DNA of 64,000 nt from Parcubacteria group bacterium 21-54-25 (GCA_002255585.1 NCBJ01000004.1:6415-70414), one strand, 5' to 3'; shown: positions 24,018-36,003, counted from the first letter of the stretch. Numbers and translations are program-made. Notes: a model not told the origin generated them from the letters alone.

Positions 24018-26387
24018 TTACACCACAATGTTCAAAATGCGGCCGGGGACGTAGATAACGCGCGTGGGAGCGCCGGCAGAAAGTGCGTTGTTGATGGCGG
24101 GTATCGCGCGAGCGGCGGCGAGCGCATCGTCCTTGGACGCGTCGGGCGCAAGCCGCACTTCCCCGCGGCGCTTGCCGTTTATCTGCACCGCGAGCGTTAC
24201 CGTCTGCGTCGCGATCAGTGACTCATCGTATGTAGGCCACTTTGAAAGGTGTATTGATCCCTCGGCTTCAATGCGTTCCCAGAGCGCCTCGGTCACGTGC
24301 GGTGCAAATGGTGCCAGGAGTTGAAGGAATATCTTCATCTGTCTTTTTCCTATCGCGCTTTCTTTCTCGACCGCGTTAAGGAAAATCATCATTTGGCTCA
24401 CTGCGGTATTGAACTTGAACGCTTCAATATCGCTGCTTACTTTTTTAATGGTTTTGTGAAGCAGTGGCTCAAGTGCTGCGTGTGCTTCATCTATTACTTT
24501 TTCTTGCATGTTCCACACGCGCTCGATGAAGCGTGCCGTACCCGCGATAGAATCGGTGCTCCACGCGACCGTATTTTCAAACGGTCCCATAAACATTTCG
24601 TACGTGCGGAATGCGTCCGCGCCGTACGCCGCAACGACCTCATCCGGATTAATGACGTTGCCAAAACGCTTACTCATTTTGCGGCCGTCTTCAGCCAAAA
24701 TAAATCCCAGGAACTCGAGCCGCGCAAACGGCTCTGACGTGCTTACCACACCAATGTCATAGAGAAATTTATGCCAAAAACGCGCGTAAATGAGGTGCCG
24801 CACCGCGTGGTCGCCACCGACGTAGACATCAACCGGCGCCCAGTACTTTTCTGCTGCGGAAGAAACAAGCTCGTGGTCGTTTTCTGGATCCATGAAACGC
24901 AGATAGTACCAGGAAGAGCCGGCCCACTGCGGCATCGTGTTGGTTTCGCGCTTGCCAGCGCCACCACACTTCGGACAGGTGGTATGCACCCATGAGTCGA
25001 TGGCCGCCAGAGGCGACTCGCCCGTGCCGGTAGGCTCGTAGTGATCAACCTCGGGGAGCGTCACTGGCAGGTCTTCGTATGGCACCGGCACGACGCCGCA
25101 TTGTGCGCAATGAATAACTGGTATCGGTTCTCCCCAGTAACGCTGGCGCGAGAACACCCAATCATGCAACTTGTAGCGCACGACTTTCCTGCCACCTACA
25201 GATTCAGTAATGGCGAGCTTTGCGGTTTCGTTGTCCTGCCCAGTAAACGCGCCAGAGTGTATTAGTCTGCCGGAGCCTGTGTAGCAGTCCTCGCCGCTTT
25301 GTATAACTTGCCGCATTGGCAAATTAAACTTCTGTGCAAAATCGAAGTCGCGCTCGTCGTGCGCAGGCACCGCCATGATGGCACCGGTACCATAGGAACT
25401 CAGCACGTAATCGGCGACAAAAATCGGCACCTCCTCCTTAGTCGCTGGGTTGACTGCCATGATGCTTTCAAGCCGCACCCCGGTCTTCTCTTTTCCTTCT
25501 GCGCCGCGCTCGACCTCGGTCTTTTTTGCCGCCGCAGCAACGTACGTACGCACCTCTTTTGCATTTCTCGCCTCTGCCGTGAGTGTGCTAACGAGTGGGT
25601 GCTCCGGCGCAAGCACGAGATACGTCGCGCCGTACAGGGTATCAGGACGCGTAGTAAAGACCATGATCTTCTCGTCGCGCCCCACGAGAGGAAAGCCCAG
25701 CTCCGCGCCCTCCGAGCGACCAATCCAGTTGCGCTGTGCTTCTTTGATGTGCTCGGGCCAGTCGAGCGTGTCGAGGTCCGCGAGCATGCGGTCAGCGTAG
25801 TCGGTAATTTTTAAGACCCACTGGGGGAGTTTTTTCTTTTCAACCGGGGTACCACATCGCTCGCACGCAGTACCGTCGAGATCCTCGTTGGCAAGCCCGG
25901 TCTTGCAGGATGGACACCAGTTAATAGGCTCGTCTGACTGAAACGCGAGCCCATGCTCAAGCATTTTGAGGAAAATCCATTGCGTCCAGTGGTAATAGCG
26001 CGGATCAGTGGTCTGTATCTCGCGCGACCAATCGTAATCAAAACCAATATGTGCGAGCTGCGCCTTAAAATTTGCAATGTTGCGCTTAACCGCTTCACGC
26101 GGGTGCACCTTGTGCTTGATGGCGAAGTTCTCGGCCGGCAGGCCAAACGCATCCCACCCCATCGGGTGAAGCACTGAGTACCCGCGCATGCGTGAGAAAC
26201 GCGAATAAATATCGGTCGCGATGTAGCCTTTTGGATGACCGACGTGCAGCCCTTCTCCCGAAGGATACGGAAACATGTCGAGTACGTATTTTTTCGGCTT
26301 CTTTTTGTCTTCCTGTGCACGATAGAGCTTCGTAGCCTCCCACTTTTTTTGCGCGTCTTCTTCTATTTTGCGGTGATCATAGGCCAT
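24018..26387 (-). CDS. leuS: Leucyl-tRNA synthetase
   Basis: 789 aa. HVGH (HIGH) motif in PYPSGEGLHVGHPKGY; KMSKR (KMSKS) motif; CP1 editing domain; zinc motif CPKCGG. Shorter than the canonical ~860 aa. Confidence 0.9.
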   Translation of the reverse strand: MAYDHRKIEEDAQKKWEATKLYRAQEDKKKPKKYVLDMFPYPSGEGLHVGHPKGYIATDIYSRFSRMRGYSVLHPMGWDAFGLPAENFAIKHKVHPREAVKRNIANFKAQLAHIGFDYDWSREIQTTDPRYYHWTQWIFLKMLEHGLAFQSDEPINWCPSCKTGLANEDLDGTACERCGTPVEKKKLPQWVLKITDYADRMLADLDTLDWPEHIKEAQRNWIGRSEGAELGFPLVGRDEKIMVFTTRPDTLYGATYLVLAPEHPLVSTLTAEARNAKEVRTYVAAAAKKTEVERGAEGKEKTGVRLESIMAVNPATKEEVPIFVADYVLSSYGTGAIMAVPAHDERDFDFAQKFNLPMRQVIQSGEDCYTGSGRLIHSGAFTGQDNETAKLAITESVGGRKVVRYKLHDWVFSRQRYWGEPIPVIHCAQCGVVPVPYEDLPVTLPEVDHYEPTGTGESPLAAIDSWVHTTCPKCGGAGKRETNTMPQWAGSSWYYLRFMDPENDHELVSSAAEKYWAPVDVYVGGDHAVRHLIYARFWHKFLYDIGVVSTSEPFARLEFLGFILAEDGRKMSKRFGNVINPDEVVAAYGADAFRTYEMFMGPFENTVAWSTDSIAGTARFIERVWNMQEKVIDEAHAALEPLLHKTIKKVSSDIEAFKFNTAVSQMMIFLNAVEKESAIGKRQMKIFLQLLAPFAPHVTEALWERIEAEGSIHLSKWPTYDESLIATQTVTLAVQINGKRRGEVRLAPDASKDDALAAARAIPAINNALSAGAPTRVIYVPGRILNIVV

Positions 26388-26417
26388 GTCGCGTTAGTTT
26401 CATTAATCCACACTAGC

Positions 26418-27404
26418 CTATTTCACGGGTGCTGAACGACTCGCGTCAATCGTGCGCTTAAAGCAGGTCTGACCTGCACCATGCGTCCACACGTCCCCAA
26501 CAACCCCTACTGTTTTCACAGAACCTAAAGGAACAGGGAGCGCACGCTCGCCAAGCGTGTGTGTGGCTTGTGTAGGCGCGTTAAACGTCGCACAAAGAGT
26601 GAACGCAAGTGCCCCGGTGACATGATATTCATATGATTCTCCCGTCTGGGGGTCGGTCGGTACGGTGTACCCAACTATGGTGTAGTTCAGGTCGGAGAGT
26701 GCTGCAGGGAGCACCTGTTTTGCCTGCCAGTAGCTCACGATTTCCGACTGGATATTTTGCAGGTCACTCACTTTCTCGGCATCATAGCGATAGAGCCGCA
26801 CTTGCCAGGGAGTACCGATGATGAGGAACCCCGCGACGATAGTGAGCACAACGAGGGCGCTCGTCATCCAGCCAAGGACTCGCGCTTTTGCTGGATTATT
26901 CTTCCAGTAGCCGCGCAGGTCGGCAAGGAAGTGCAGAAAACCACCGCCGGTAACCAGCAGTATTACGAGCACTTTAAGTGCAAAACGTAGCGTCACGTCG
27001 CCATTAAAGAAGTACATGACGAGCGTCACCATGTCGCCTGCGATGGTGGCGCCTGCAATAAAGAGCGTGAGGTACAGTGCCCAACGCCGCACCCACACGT
27101 CCGCGCGTGTGTCGTCTCGCTCGATACTTTTGTGAATGAGTCGCATGAGCACGAGAAACAACGGGAAAAGCACGATGAGCGACGCCATTTCATAACTCAC
27201 GCCGGAGAGGTATGGATCGGGTGCGTAGTACTGGAGCGGGTCGGGGAACGCGTAATTAAAGTAATCGAAGACGAGCGAGATAAATGAAAACACGCTCACG
27301 TAGAGCGCAATCATTGCTCCTGCCCAAAGGAAGAAATCTTTCGGTGTTGCTTTGGACCGTACGGCCTGCCGGGTGTTGTTTTCCATATGCGGATTATAGT
27401 ACAC
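26418..27404 (-). CDS. Polytopic membrane protein (DUF5671-like) with C-terminal extracytoplasmic domain
   Basis: 328 aa. About 6 TM in the N-terminal 200 aa, then a soluble Cys-containing domain. No enzymatic motif recognised. Confidence 0.5.
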   Translation of the reverse strand: MYYNPHMENNTRQAVRSKATPKDFFLWAGAMIALYVSVFSFISLVFDYFNYAFPDPLQYYAPDPYLSGVSYEMASLIVLFPLFLVLMRLIHKSIERDDTRADVWVRRWALYLTLFIAGATIAGDMVTLVMYFFNGDVTLRFALKVLVILLVTGGGFLHFLADLRGYWKNNPAKARVLGWMTSALVVLTIVAGFLIIGTPWQVRLYRYDAEKVSDLQNIQSEIVSYWQAKQVLPAALSDLNYTIVGYTVPTDPQTGESYEYHVTGALAFTLCATFNAPTQATHTLGERALPVPLGSVKTVGVVGDVWTHGAGQTCFKRTIDASRSAPVK

Positions 27405-27485
27405 CTTCGTAAAAAGACGTAGACACCCTGTTTGTGTTGCAATGAGAGCCTGCGTTTTTGACGCAGGCTCTCGTGGAAGGAACGA

Positions 27486-28001
27486 TCAGATGTTTTGGAC
27501 GGTTGGCGTATCGGAAAGAGAGTTGCGTAAGTGTTCTTTCCCGCTATCTATCAACTTTCGCAGTTTGCTCTTGCCAGGCCGTTTTGGAACGCATATCTCG
27601 AAATATACACGCGCCACATTGAACATACACCAGACAGCAAAAGCGTACGAAAACATCCACGCACTAAGAAATCCGAGCGCTATGTAAAAGCCCGTGCGTC
27701 CTCTGCGTACGACATGATTGTGCATTATGCTCACATACAACCTACCCCGAGAAAGGAAATCTCTTTCCTCAAACTCGATAGTAACAACAGTAAGAGACCC
27801 GATGAGCAGCATCATTAATGCGAACACACCAAAAATCCAAAGTGTGGTCTGAATGTAGACTACAATCAGTGATACTACTGCACCTATAAGACTCCATTTC
27901 TCCAACCAGAACTTCGTAAGTCCAGTCCATTCGGTGAAACAGTCGCTAAACCTCTGCGCCCGGGTGAGTAGGAAGTTATCAACGTGCATCAGTATCATCA
28001 C
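27486..28001 (-). CDS. Hypothetical 4-TM membrane protein in a low-GC islet
   Basis: 171 aa. Local GC is clearly lower (~45% by eye) than the flanks. A very AT-rich 100 nt lies upstream (28001-28100). No recognisable family. Confidence 0.45.
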   Translation of the reverse strand: MMILMHVDNFLLTRAQRFSDCFTEWTGLTKFWLEKWSLIGAVVSLIVVYIQTTLWIFGVFALMMLLIGSLTVVTIEFEERDFLSRGRLYVSIMHNHVVRRGRTGFYIALGFLSAWMFSYAFAVWCMFNVARVYFEICVPKRPGKSKLRKLIDSGKEHLRNSLSDTPTVQNI

Positions 28002-28099
28002 GATTCTCCTTGACGTTGTTCAATTTTTTGCGTGAATCCGATGGCACCAAACGTATTCAACCTAGAAAATACTTTAGATTATAAAAAGAGATTTGTCAA

Positions 28100-29197
28100 C
28101 TAGCTATGCAGAAAAACCATCACGTCGCCGTCTTGAACGATGTACTCCTTGCCTTCGGTACGCAGGATTCCCTGCTCGCGCGCCGCGGCCCAAGAGCCGA
28201 CAGCAAGAAGCTTGTCGGTGGGCACGACCTCCGCGCGGATAAACTTGTCTTTAAAATCAGTGTGGATGGCGGCACCGGCTGCCGGTGCCGTGGCACCCCG
28301 CGTAATCGTCCATGCGCGGCTCTCCTTTGGACCCGTGGTGAAAAAAGTAATGAGTCCAAGCGCCGCGTATGCGCCGCGTATGAGATCCGCTACACCATCT
28401 GCCTGCACGCCAAGCTCCTGGCGAAACACTGACTTGTCCTCATCAGCCACATCATTTAATTCATGTTCAGTCGCGGCATCCACGTGCACGTACCTGGAAC
28501 CGAGCGATTCGACGAGTTCGTATGCTTTCTTCGCGCGTCCGTCTGCGAGCTCATGGAGATTGTGTCCGCCTGACTTGCCGTTGAAGCAGTACAGTATCGG
28601 TTTCAATGTGAGGAGGTTCAGATGCACTATCGTGCGTTGTTCTTCCTCGGAAAGTGTTGTGGTGAGGGCGAGTTTCCCCGCCGAAAGAGTCTGCTCGATT
28701 TTTGCGAGTGCGGCGTCTTCTACCCTTGCTTCTTTATTGCCCGCGCGCGTGTCGCGCACAAGTTTCTCACGACGCTTCCCCACCTGCTCGCGGTCTGCCA
28801 ACACGAGCTCAAGATTGATGATTTCAATATCACGTACCGGGTCTACCTCGCCATGCACGTGCGAAATGTCCGGATCGTCAAAAAAGCGCACCATCTCCAA
28901 AATAGCGTCCACTTCCCGGATATGCGAAAGAAATTGGTTGCCCAGTCCCTCGCCCTCGGCCGCACCTTTTACAAGCCCCGCAATATCAACAAACTCGATG
29001 GCCGCGGGAATGACTTTTTCACTTTGCGAGAGCGTGGCGAGTTTTGTGAGACGCTCATCCGGCACACCCACAACGCCAACTGACGGATCAATGGTGCAAA
29101 AAGGGTAGTTTTCTGCTGGTACCGAGGCCTTGGTGAGCGCGTTAAAAAGTGTGGACTTCCCCACGTTCGGAAGACCGACGATACCGATTTTCAACAT
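28100..29197 (-). CDS. ychF: Ribosome-binding ATPase YchF (Obg-family, OLA1)
   Basis: 365 aa from the ATG at 29197 (MLKIGIVGLPNVGKSTLFNALT...NYPFCTIDP...GLGNQFL), near-identical in motif order to E. coli YchF. C-terminal TGS domain. Confidence 0.9.
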   Translation of the reverse strand: MLKIGIVGLPNVGKSTLFNALTKASVPAENYPFCTIDPSVGVVGVPDERLTKLATLSQSEKVIPAAIEFVDIAGLVKGAAEGEGLGNQFLSHIREVDAILEMVRFFDDPDISHVHGEVDPVRDIEIINLELVLADREQVGKRREKLVRDTRAGNKEARVEDAALAKIEQTLSAGKLALTTTLSEEEQRTIVHLNLLTLKPILYCFNGKSGGHNLHELADGRAKKAYELVESLGSRYVHVDAATEHELNDVADEDKSVFRQELGVQADGVADLIRGAYAALGLITFFTTGPKESRAWTITRGATAPAAGAAIHTDFKDKFIRAEVVPTDKLLAVGSWAAAREQGILRTEGKEYIVQDGDVMVFLHS

Positions 29198-29216
29198 ACG
29201 ATACAGGGAGTGTGTG

Positions 29217-29738
29217 TTATGCGCGCAACGAGCTGCTGCGCACCAAGAACCGCACATAGCCAAACAACGCCGCTAGCACAATAACGCTCACAGCAAAACC
29301 AAGCGCGGCCGCGGCAAAATCTGTGACGGGAACAAACCCAAGATCCATACCCGCGAGGTACCACCATCCAACAAACGCAATGGACGACCCCGCCCAAAAC
29401 GGAATGCGCCCATGGAAACGGAGCCATGAAGTTGTAATAAGCACAAGAATGATACCCATTTCAAACCAATACGCCGTGGTGAGCCCTGGAACAAACGAGC
29501 TTCCGGCCGCGGCAAGCACAAACCCAAGCAGGATATTTACTAGAAGCACCATAATGAGTGCAAAACGCAATGAGAAGAATAGGGTCACTAAATGGGCGCG
29601 CTCACCCGCCTCAATGCGGCCGTCAACAATCGCATGAAAATATTGCCATTCGGCAAACGTGATGCTGCTCGCGCCGAGAAACGTCGCGAGCATGTGAGCA
29701 ACAAAAAGTGCCACGGCGATAGGTACGAGCACCGACAT
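29217..29738 (-). CDS. Hypothetical polytopic membrane protein (about 5 TM)
   Basis: 173 aa. Hydrophobic helices throughout. No motif recognised. Confidence 0.4.
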   Translation of the reverse strand: MSVLVPIAVALFVAHMLATFLGASSITFAEWQYFHAIVDGRIEAGERAHLVTLFFSLRFALIMVLLVNILLGFVLAAAGSSFVPGLTTAYWFEMGIILVLITTSWLRFHGRIPFWAGSSIAFVGWWYLAGMDLGFVPVTDFAAAALGFAVSVIVLAALFGYVRFLVRSSSLRA

Positions 29739-29742
29739 AGTA

Positions 29743-29994
29743 TTAGGATTTTCCCATAAGCACCGCGAGCTCCGCGCGGTATTTTTTCATGACCTCCATG
29801 GTTGCTTTCATTTGTGGCTCGCCTCCTTTCGTACGGCGTTCTATTTCCTCGCCGATTTTCTTGAAAAGTGCTGGGTCTTTTTCCACCATAGTGAGCATCT
29901 GCTCACGCTGGGCTTCCGGCACATCCTTCATTTTAAAAGATGCGTACTTGCGAAGGAGAAATCCTTGTATTGACATGCGATTACTGTAGCACAC
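29743..29994 (-). CDS. Small hypothetical protein (about 77-83 aa)
   Basis: Charged helical protein (MSIQGFLLRKYASFKMKDVPEAQREQMLTMVEKDPALFKKIGEEIERRTKGGEP...). No motif recognised. Confidence 0.35.
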   Translation of the reverse strand: MCYSNRMSIQGFLLRKYASFKMKDVPEAQREQMLTMVEKDPALFKKIGEEIERRTKGGEPQMKATMEVMKKYRAELAVLMGKS

Positions 29995-30032
29995 ACGTCG
30001 CTTCCCAGCACGCCCACCAGCTCAAATGAAAC

Positions 30033-30458
30033 CTATTCCGCGGGCGGGTGTGTGCGAACATGAAAGAGGCGTACTCCGCGAAGCGTCTTGGTCGCAAAAT
30101 AGAGTGTGAGAATACCGATAAGCGCGAGTATTTCGTTTGTCAACGCGCCTGGATCATGTAGTGCGAAACCCTCAGTAAGAGCAGCATTACCGAATAAGAA
30201 GGTGCTCCCCGCAGCGAGCAGGACGTTCAGGTAGTGAATCCACACTGCGTTTGGATTGGTGAGACCTGCGGCAACCGCAAATACAATGACCAGCGCGATA
30301 GTAACAGGAACGGCAAGCGGTAGTGCACGCCAGAAAGTTTCTGCGACGAGCATCACTACCGCAGCGCTCACCATGAGTGAACGCACCGCATCGCCGTGAT
30401 AGTGCGGAATCGAACGACGAAGACGCATCGGCGTACTACGATCGATCTCATCTTCCAT
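30033..30458 (-). CDS. Hypothetical membrane protein (3-4 TM)
   Basis: 141 aa from the ATG at 30458 (MEDEIDRSTPMRLRR...). The ORF-finder GTG start at 30638 would overlap atpC. Confidence 0.35.
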   Translation of the reverse strand: MEDEIDRSTPMRLRRSIPHYHGDAVRSLMVSAAVVMLVAETFWRALPLAVPVTIALVIVFAVAAGLTNPNAVWIHYLNVLLAAGSTFLFGNAALTEGFALHDPGALTNEILALIGILTLYFATKTLRGVRLFHVRTHPPAE

Positions 30459-30534
30459 GGCTATAGTATAGTCCTTTTTGACAACTACGAATACGGGTTG
30501 TGTATAACAACAATATCCCGCGTGTGTCTGAGAT

Positions 30535-30783
30535 TTATAACAAAATAGTCGCCTGATTCTGCGATATTTCTGCAATACCACCTTTTTGTACTGGTACGTG
30601 ATAGTGTTTGCCGTCAGATGCTTCAAAACGTACGGCACCGTCTTTGAGTTCTGAAACGAGCGGTTCGTGGTTCGAGAGGACAGTAAACATACCTTCCGTC
30701 CCCGGCACAGTGAGCATGGTCACCTCACCATCGAAGACATTCTCGCCGATACGTGCGACCGTAAGATGAAAAGTTTTTGCCAT
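30535..30783 (-). CDS. atpC: F1 ATP synthase epsilon subunit, beta-sandwich domain only
   Basis: 82 aa. MAKTFHLTVARIGENVFDGEVTMLTVPGTEGMFTVLSNHEPLVSELKDG aligns with the AtpC N-terminal domain. The C-terminal helical hairpin is absent. Last gene of the atp operon. Confidence 0.8.
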   Translation of the reverse strand: MAKTFHLTVARIGENVFDGEVTMLTVPGTEGMFTVLSNHEPLVSELKDGAVRFEASDGKHYHVPVQKGGIAEISQNQATILL

Positions 30784-30820
30784 ACGTTGTGTTAGTTATG
30801 CAGTCCATGCATGCGCATGC

Positions 30821-32233
<1,413 letters not shown>

Positions 32234-32280
32234 CTATGTAAGTAAATGTAAGTAAATTGTGCCAAATGAAACAGTATTCC

Positions 32281-33195
32281 TCACGTGGCTAATGCTTCTC
32301 GCCCACTCACGATTTCTGAAACCTCGCGGGTAATGGCGGCCTGGCGTACTTTGTTGTACGTGCGCGTCAGGTTGTGCACCATTTCTTTCGACTTGTCACT
32401 CGCGTTCTTCATTGCCACCATGCGCGCCGAGTGCTCCGAAGCCTTCGCCTCAAGCAGCATGTGGTAGAGTGATGCCGTGACAAGCCGTGGCACGACGGCG
32501 CTCAGAAGGTCGGCCGAATCTGACTCCATGACGTATGCGCTGGGCGCAACAGATGTGTCTTTGGTGTCGCTCCACTTTCCTTTGGCCGGTACGATATCTT
32601 CAACGAGCTGCGATACGCTCACCAGCGAGAGCGGCAAGAGACGGTTAACGGTGGGTGCTTGCTCGAAGGTCGAGCGAAACCGGCTATAGGCAACAAGCAC
32701 TTCATCGTATACCCCCTCCGTAAACGCTGCAGTCAGGCGGCTTGCAAGCTGATCCACCACATCAAGCGGCACATTGTCAGATGCGTTTTCAAATGCCTCA
32801 GCAAGGCGATAGCCACGGTGCGTGAAGTATGCTTCCCCTTTTTTCCCAAGTGCGTAGATAGTTACTTCTTCGCGCGGGAGGCTCTCAGCAACCGCCTCGA
32901 CCGCGGCCTTGACGACACCACTGTTGACCGAGCCGGCAAGACCCTTATCGCTCGTGATGATAATCAGCGCGGCACGCTTCACGTCACGCACAGCTGCAAG
33001 CGGGTGGCTCGCAAGCTCGGTGGTTCCGGAAAGCCGAGCGAGGATCGCAAGTGCCGCACGTGCGTAGGGACGCCCGGCAAGTGCCGCCTGCTGCGTGCGG
33101 CGCATCTTCACCGCCGAAACCGCTTCCATCGCACGTGTCACCTTGTGCGTACGATTTGTGGAGCTAATCTTTGCTTTAATATCTTTTAGTGCCAT
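32281..33195 (-). CDS. atpG: F1 ATP synthase gamma subunit
   Basis: 304 aa. MALKDIKAKISSTNRTHKVTRAMEAVSAVKMRR N-terminus and the conserved C-terminal helix. Confidence 0.9.
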   Translation of the reverse strand: MALKDIKAKISSTNRTHKVTRAMEAVSAVKMRRTQQAALAGRPYARAALAILARLSGTTELASHPLAAVRDVKRAALIIITSDKGLAGSVNSGVVKAAVEAVAESLPREEVTIYALGKKGEAYFTHRGYRLAEAFENASDNVPLDVVDQLASRLTAAFTEGVYDEVLVAYSRFRSTFEQAPTVNRLLPLSLVSVSQLVEDIVPAKGKWSDTKDTSVAPSAYVMESDSADLLSAVVPRLVTASLYHMLLEAKASEHSARMVAMKNASDKSKEMVHNLTRTYNKVRQAAITREVSEIVSGREALAT

Positions 33196-33198
33196 ACA

Positions 33199-34785
33199 TT
33201 ATGATGCGGTGCGTGCCCTAAACACGTCGAAGGCGGTGCGCAGTTTCTGCTCTATTTCCTCGCTAATTGTTTTCGATTCGCGAATTACCGCGAGCACATC
33301 CTGTCCTTCACGCAACAAAAAGTCCTGCAGCTTCGCTTCGGCACCGCTGGCCGCCTCAGGCGCAACATGGTCGAAGTAGCCGTTTGTGGCCGCAAACATA
33401 ACTGCCGCTTCCATCTCAAAAGGCAGCGGGGCGCCGTTTCGCTGCTTGAGTACTTCGGTCATGCGGCGGCCTGCGTCAATCTGCGTCTTAGTATCCGCAT
33501 CGAGATCCGACGCGAACTGCATAAACGCTTCGAGCTCACGAAATTGCGCCAGCTCGAGCTTGATTTTCCCGGAGACTTTCTTCATCGCTTTTGTTTGTGC
33601 CGCAGAACCAACGCGCGAAACAGAAATACCGACGTCAATCGCTGGACGCATCCCTTTGTTGAAAAGATCGGTTTGTAAGAAAATCTGTCCATCGGTAATC
33701 GAAATGACGTTTGTGGGAATATACGCCGAAACATCGCCTTCTTGCGTCTCAATAATTGGGAGCGCGGTGAGTGACCCACCCCCTTTTTCTTTTGATAGCT
33801 TGGCTGAGCGTTCCAAGAGACGCGAGTGTAGGTAGAAAATATCGCCCGGATACGCCTCGCGGCCTGGCGGGCGGCGGAGCAAAAGCGAGAGTTGGCGATA
33901 CGCGACTGCCTGCTTGGACAAATCGTCAAATACAACCAGCGCGTCTTTGCCTTGATCCATAAAATACTCGCCGATGGTCGCCCCGGTAAACGGAGCGAGA
34001 AATTGGAGCGCTGCTGGCGCAGAAGCGGGCGCCGTAACGACAATCGTGTAGTCCATGGCCCCCTTCTCGGCAAGTTCGGCGACAAGCTTAGCCGTCTTCG
34101 ATTCTTTTTGACCTATTGCTACATAAATACAGATTGGTCGTGTCGCCTCGGGTTCACTCTTTTGATTCAAAATAGTGTCAATCGCTATCGTTGTTTTCCC
34201 CGTACCACGATCCCCAATGATGAGCTCACGTTGACCGCGACCAATCGGAATCATTGCGTCCACTGCTTTGATGCCGGTATGGAGCGGTGTATCGACTGGT
34301 GCGCGATCAATCACCCCATACGCGGCGCGCTCGATCGGGCGCGCAATCGTGCCATCAATCGGCCCCTTCCCATCAACGACCTCACCGAGCGTGTTCACCA
34401 CACGGCCTATCATCGCCTCACCTACGGGAATGGAGAGCAAGCGTCCAAAACCTGCTGGCGCAGCAGCCCCGAGCGTGACAGGCAGACGGCGCACGAGCAT
34501 GCTCTCGTACACCTTGGCGGTGTCGCCGAGAATAACCGCGCGCACGCCATCTTCTTCGAGGTTGAGGACGAGACCGTACACGGGTGACGGATCTCTGAGT
34601 GCTTCTTCAAGCGTACGGTCGAACGTAGGATCAAAGAGTACCATCTCATTTAATACCGCGTTTTCAAGACCGTCGATCTCCGCGATAGCATCGCCGACCG
34701 CCCGTACGGTGCCCACTTGGTCCACGATTGCCAACGGCTCCAGTGCTGCAATTTCTTTTTCGATTCTCTTGATAAGACTCTCCAT
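33199..34785 (-). CDS. atpA: F1 ATP synthase alpha subunit
   Basis: 528 aa. P-loop GDRGTGKTTIAIDTILNQ. Confidence 0.95.
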   Translation of the reverse strand: MESLIKRIEKEIAALEPLAIVDQVGTVRAVGDAIAEIDGLENAVLNEMVLFDPTFDRTLEEALRDPSPVYGLVLNLEEDGVRAVILGDTAKVYESMLVRRLPVTLGAAAPAGFGRLLSIPVGEAMIGRVVNTLGEVVDGKGPIDGTIARPIERAAYGVIDRAPVDTPLHTGIKAVDAMIPIGRGQRELIIGDRGTGKTTIAIDTILNQKSEPEATRPICIYVAIGQKESKTAKLVAELAEKGAMDYTIVVTAPASAPAALQFLAPFTGATIGEYFMDQGKDALVVFDDLSKQAVAYRQLSLLLRRPPGREAYPGDIFYLHSRLLERSAKLSKEKGGGSLTALPIIETQEGDVSAYIPTNVISITDGQIFLQTDLFNKGMRPAIDVGISVSRVGSAAQTKAMKKVSGKIKLELAQFRELEAFMQFASDLDADTKTQIDAGRRMTEVLKQRNGAPLPFEMEAAVMFAATNGYFDHVAPEAASGAEAKLQDFLLREGQDVLAVIRESKTISEEIEQKLRTAFDVFRARTAS

Positions 34786-34794
34786 ACGTATTAC

Positions 34795-35181
34795 TTAGCG
34801 AGTGAGATTCTGATAAAGCTCTGTGAGCGCGCGTTTTGCTGAACGATCGACGAGCACCCCTGCCACCTGTGCGCGCCACCCGCGAATAAGCGTTTCGTTC
34901 ACAACAACGTCCGGTGTAGACAACCCCGCTTGTGCGGCCGCCCGCATGGTTTCCTGACGATCTTCTACGCGCGCCGTTTCAAGAAGTGGTCGCGTGTGTG
35001 CCGTTTGTGCAGCGTGTTTCTTGAGTGCGCGCACGATACTAGGCAGAAGCCCAAGCCGACCCTTCGCACGCAAGTGTGTGATCAATCTCTTGGTGAGCGT
35101 GGCTTCATTTGCGCCCGGGAGCGCACCTAAGCGCATGAGTGCAGCGGCGTACTGTCGTGAAAGCTGTTGGGTGGTACTCAT
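34795..35181 (-). CDS. atpH: F1 ATP synthase delta (OSCP) subunit, short form
   Basis: 128 aa helical protein between atpF and atpA (operon position). About 50 aa shorter than typical delta subunits. Confidence 0.7.
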   Translation of the reverse strand: MSTTQQLSRQYAAALMRLGALPGANEATLTKRLITHLRAKGRLGLLPSIVRALKKHAAQTAHTRPLLETARVEDRQETMRAAAQAGLSTPDVVVNETLIRGWRAQVAGVLVDRSAKRALTELYQNLTR

Positions 35182-35187
35182 GGTGAT

Positions 35188-35631
35188 TTATTGATTGCGC
35201 AACACTCGCTCCGCGGCGAGAATCGCCAGACGCGCAATTTCTTTCTCGCTGTCTCGCTGTGTCTTAGCGGCAACTTCCTCGGCGCGCGCCTGCGCGTCAG
35301 CAGCAATAGCTGCGGCGCGTGCTTCGGCTTCTTTCACTAGACGCGAGCGTTCGGTACCCGCTTCCTCGCGGGCCGCCTTCAGAATATGTCCTGCCGCTAC
35401 TTCTGCCTCGGCGACGTGCGCGGCGGCAAGCGTATCAGCGGAAGCAAGCTTCTCGGCAGCGCGTGCGGCGTCATCAACACCCTTAGTAACAATGTTGCGA
35501 CGTTCTTCGAGTATGCGCATCAGCGGCCGGTAAAAGAAGTACGTCAGCACCACAAGGAGCAGCCCGAAGTTAACCGCCTGCGCGATCAGAAGTTTTCCGT
35601 TGATACCGAATGCCGCGAGAAGTTGTTGCAT
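35188..35631 (-). CDS. atpF: Fo ATP synthase subunit b
   Basis: 147 aa. Single N-terminal TM helix followed by a long Ala/Glu/Arg-rich helix. Confidence 0.85.
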   Translation of the reverse strand: MQQLLAAFGINGKLLIAQAVNFGLLLVVLTYFFYRPLMRILEERRNIVTKGVDDAARAAEKLASADTLAAAHVAEAEVAAGHILKAAREEAGTERSRLVKEAEARAAAIAADAQARAEEVAAKTQRDSEKEIARLAILAAERVLRNQ

Positions 35632-35766
35632 CGTAGATTTCCTTAGAAATGCGGTGGGTTAGTAACTCTTAGACCGGGCACTATGCAATTACGCAATTGC
35701 ATACCGATAGATAGTGCGGCACGGTGCTCGGTTAAGGATATTTTAATCGCATTACTCTTTGACGTT

Positions 35767-36003
<237 letters not shown>

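Noticed and set aside
28140-29108. 322-aa plus-strand ORF
   Set aside because: It is antisense to ychF, which has unmistakable Obg/YchF G-motifs. Ser/Ala/Arg-rich composition is typical of antisense frames in high-GC DNA.
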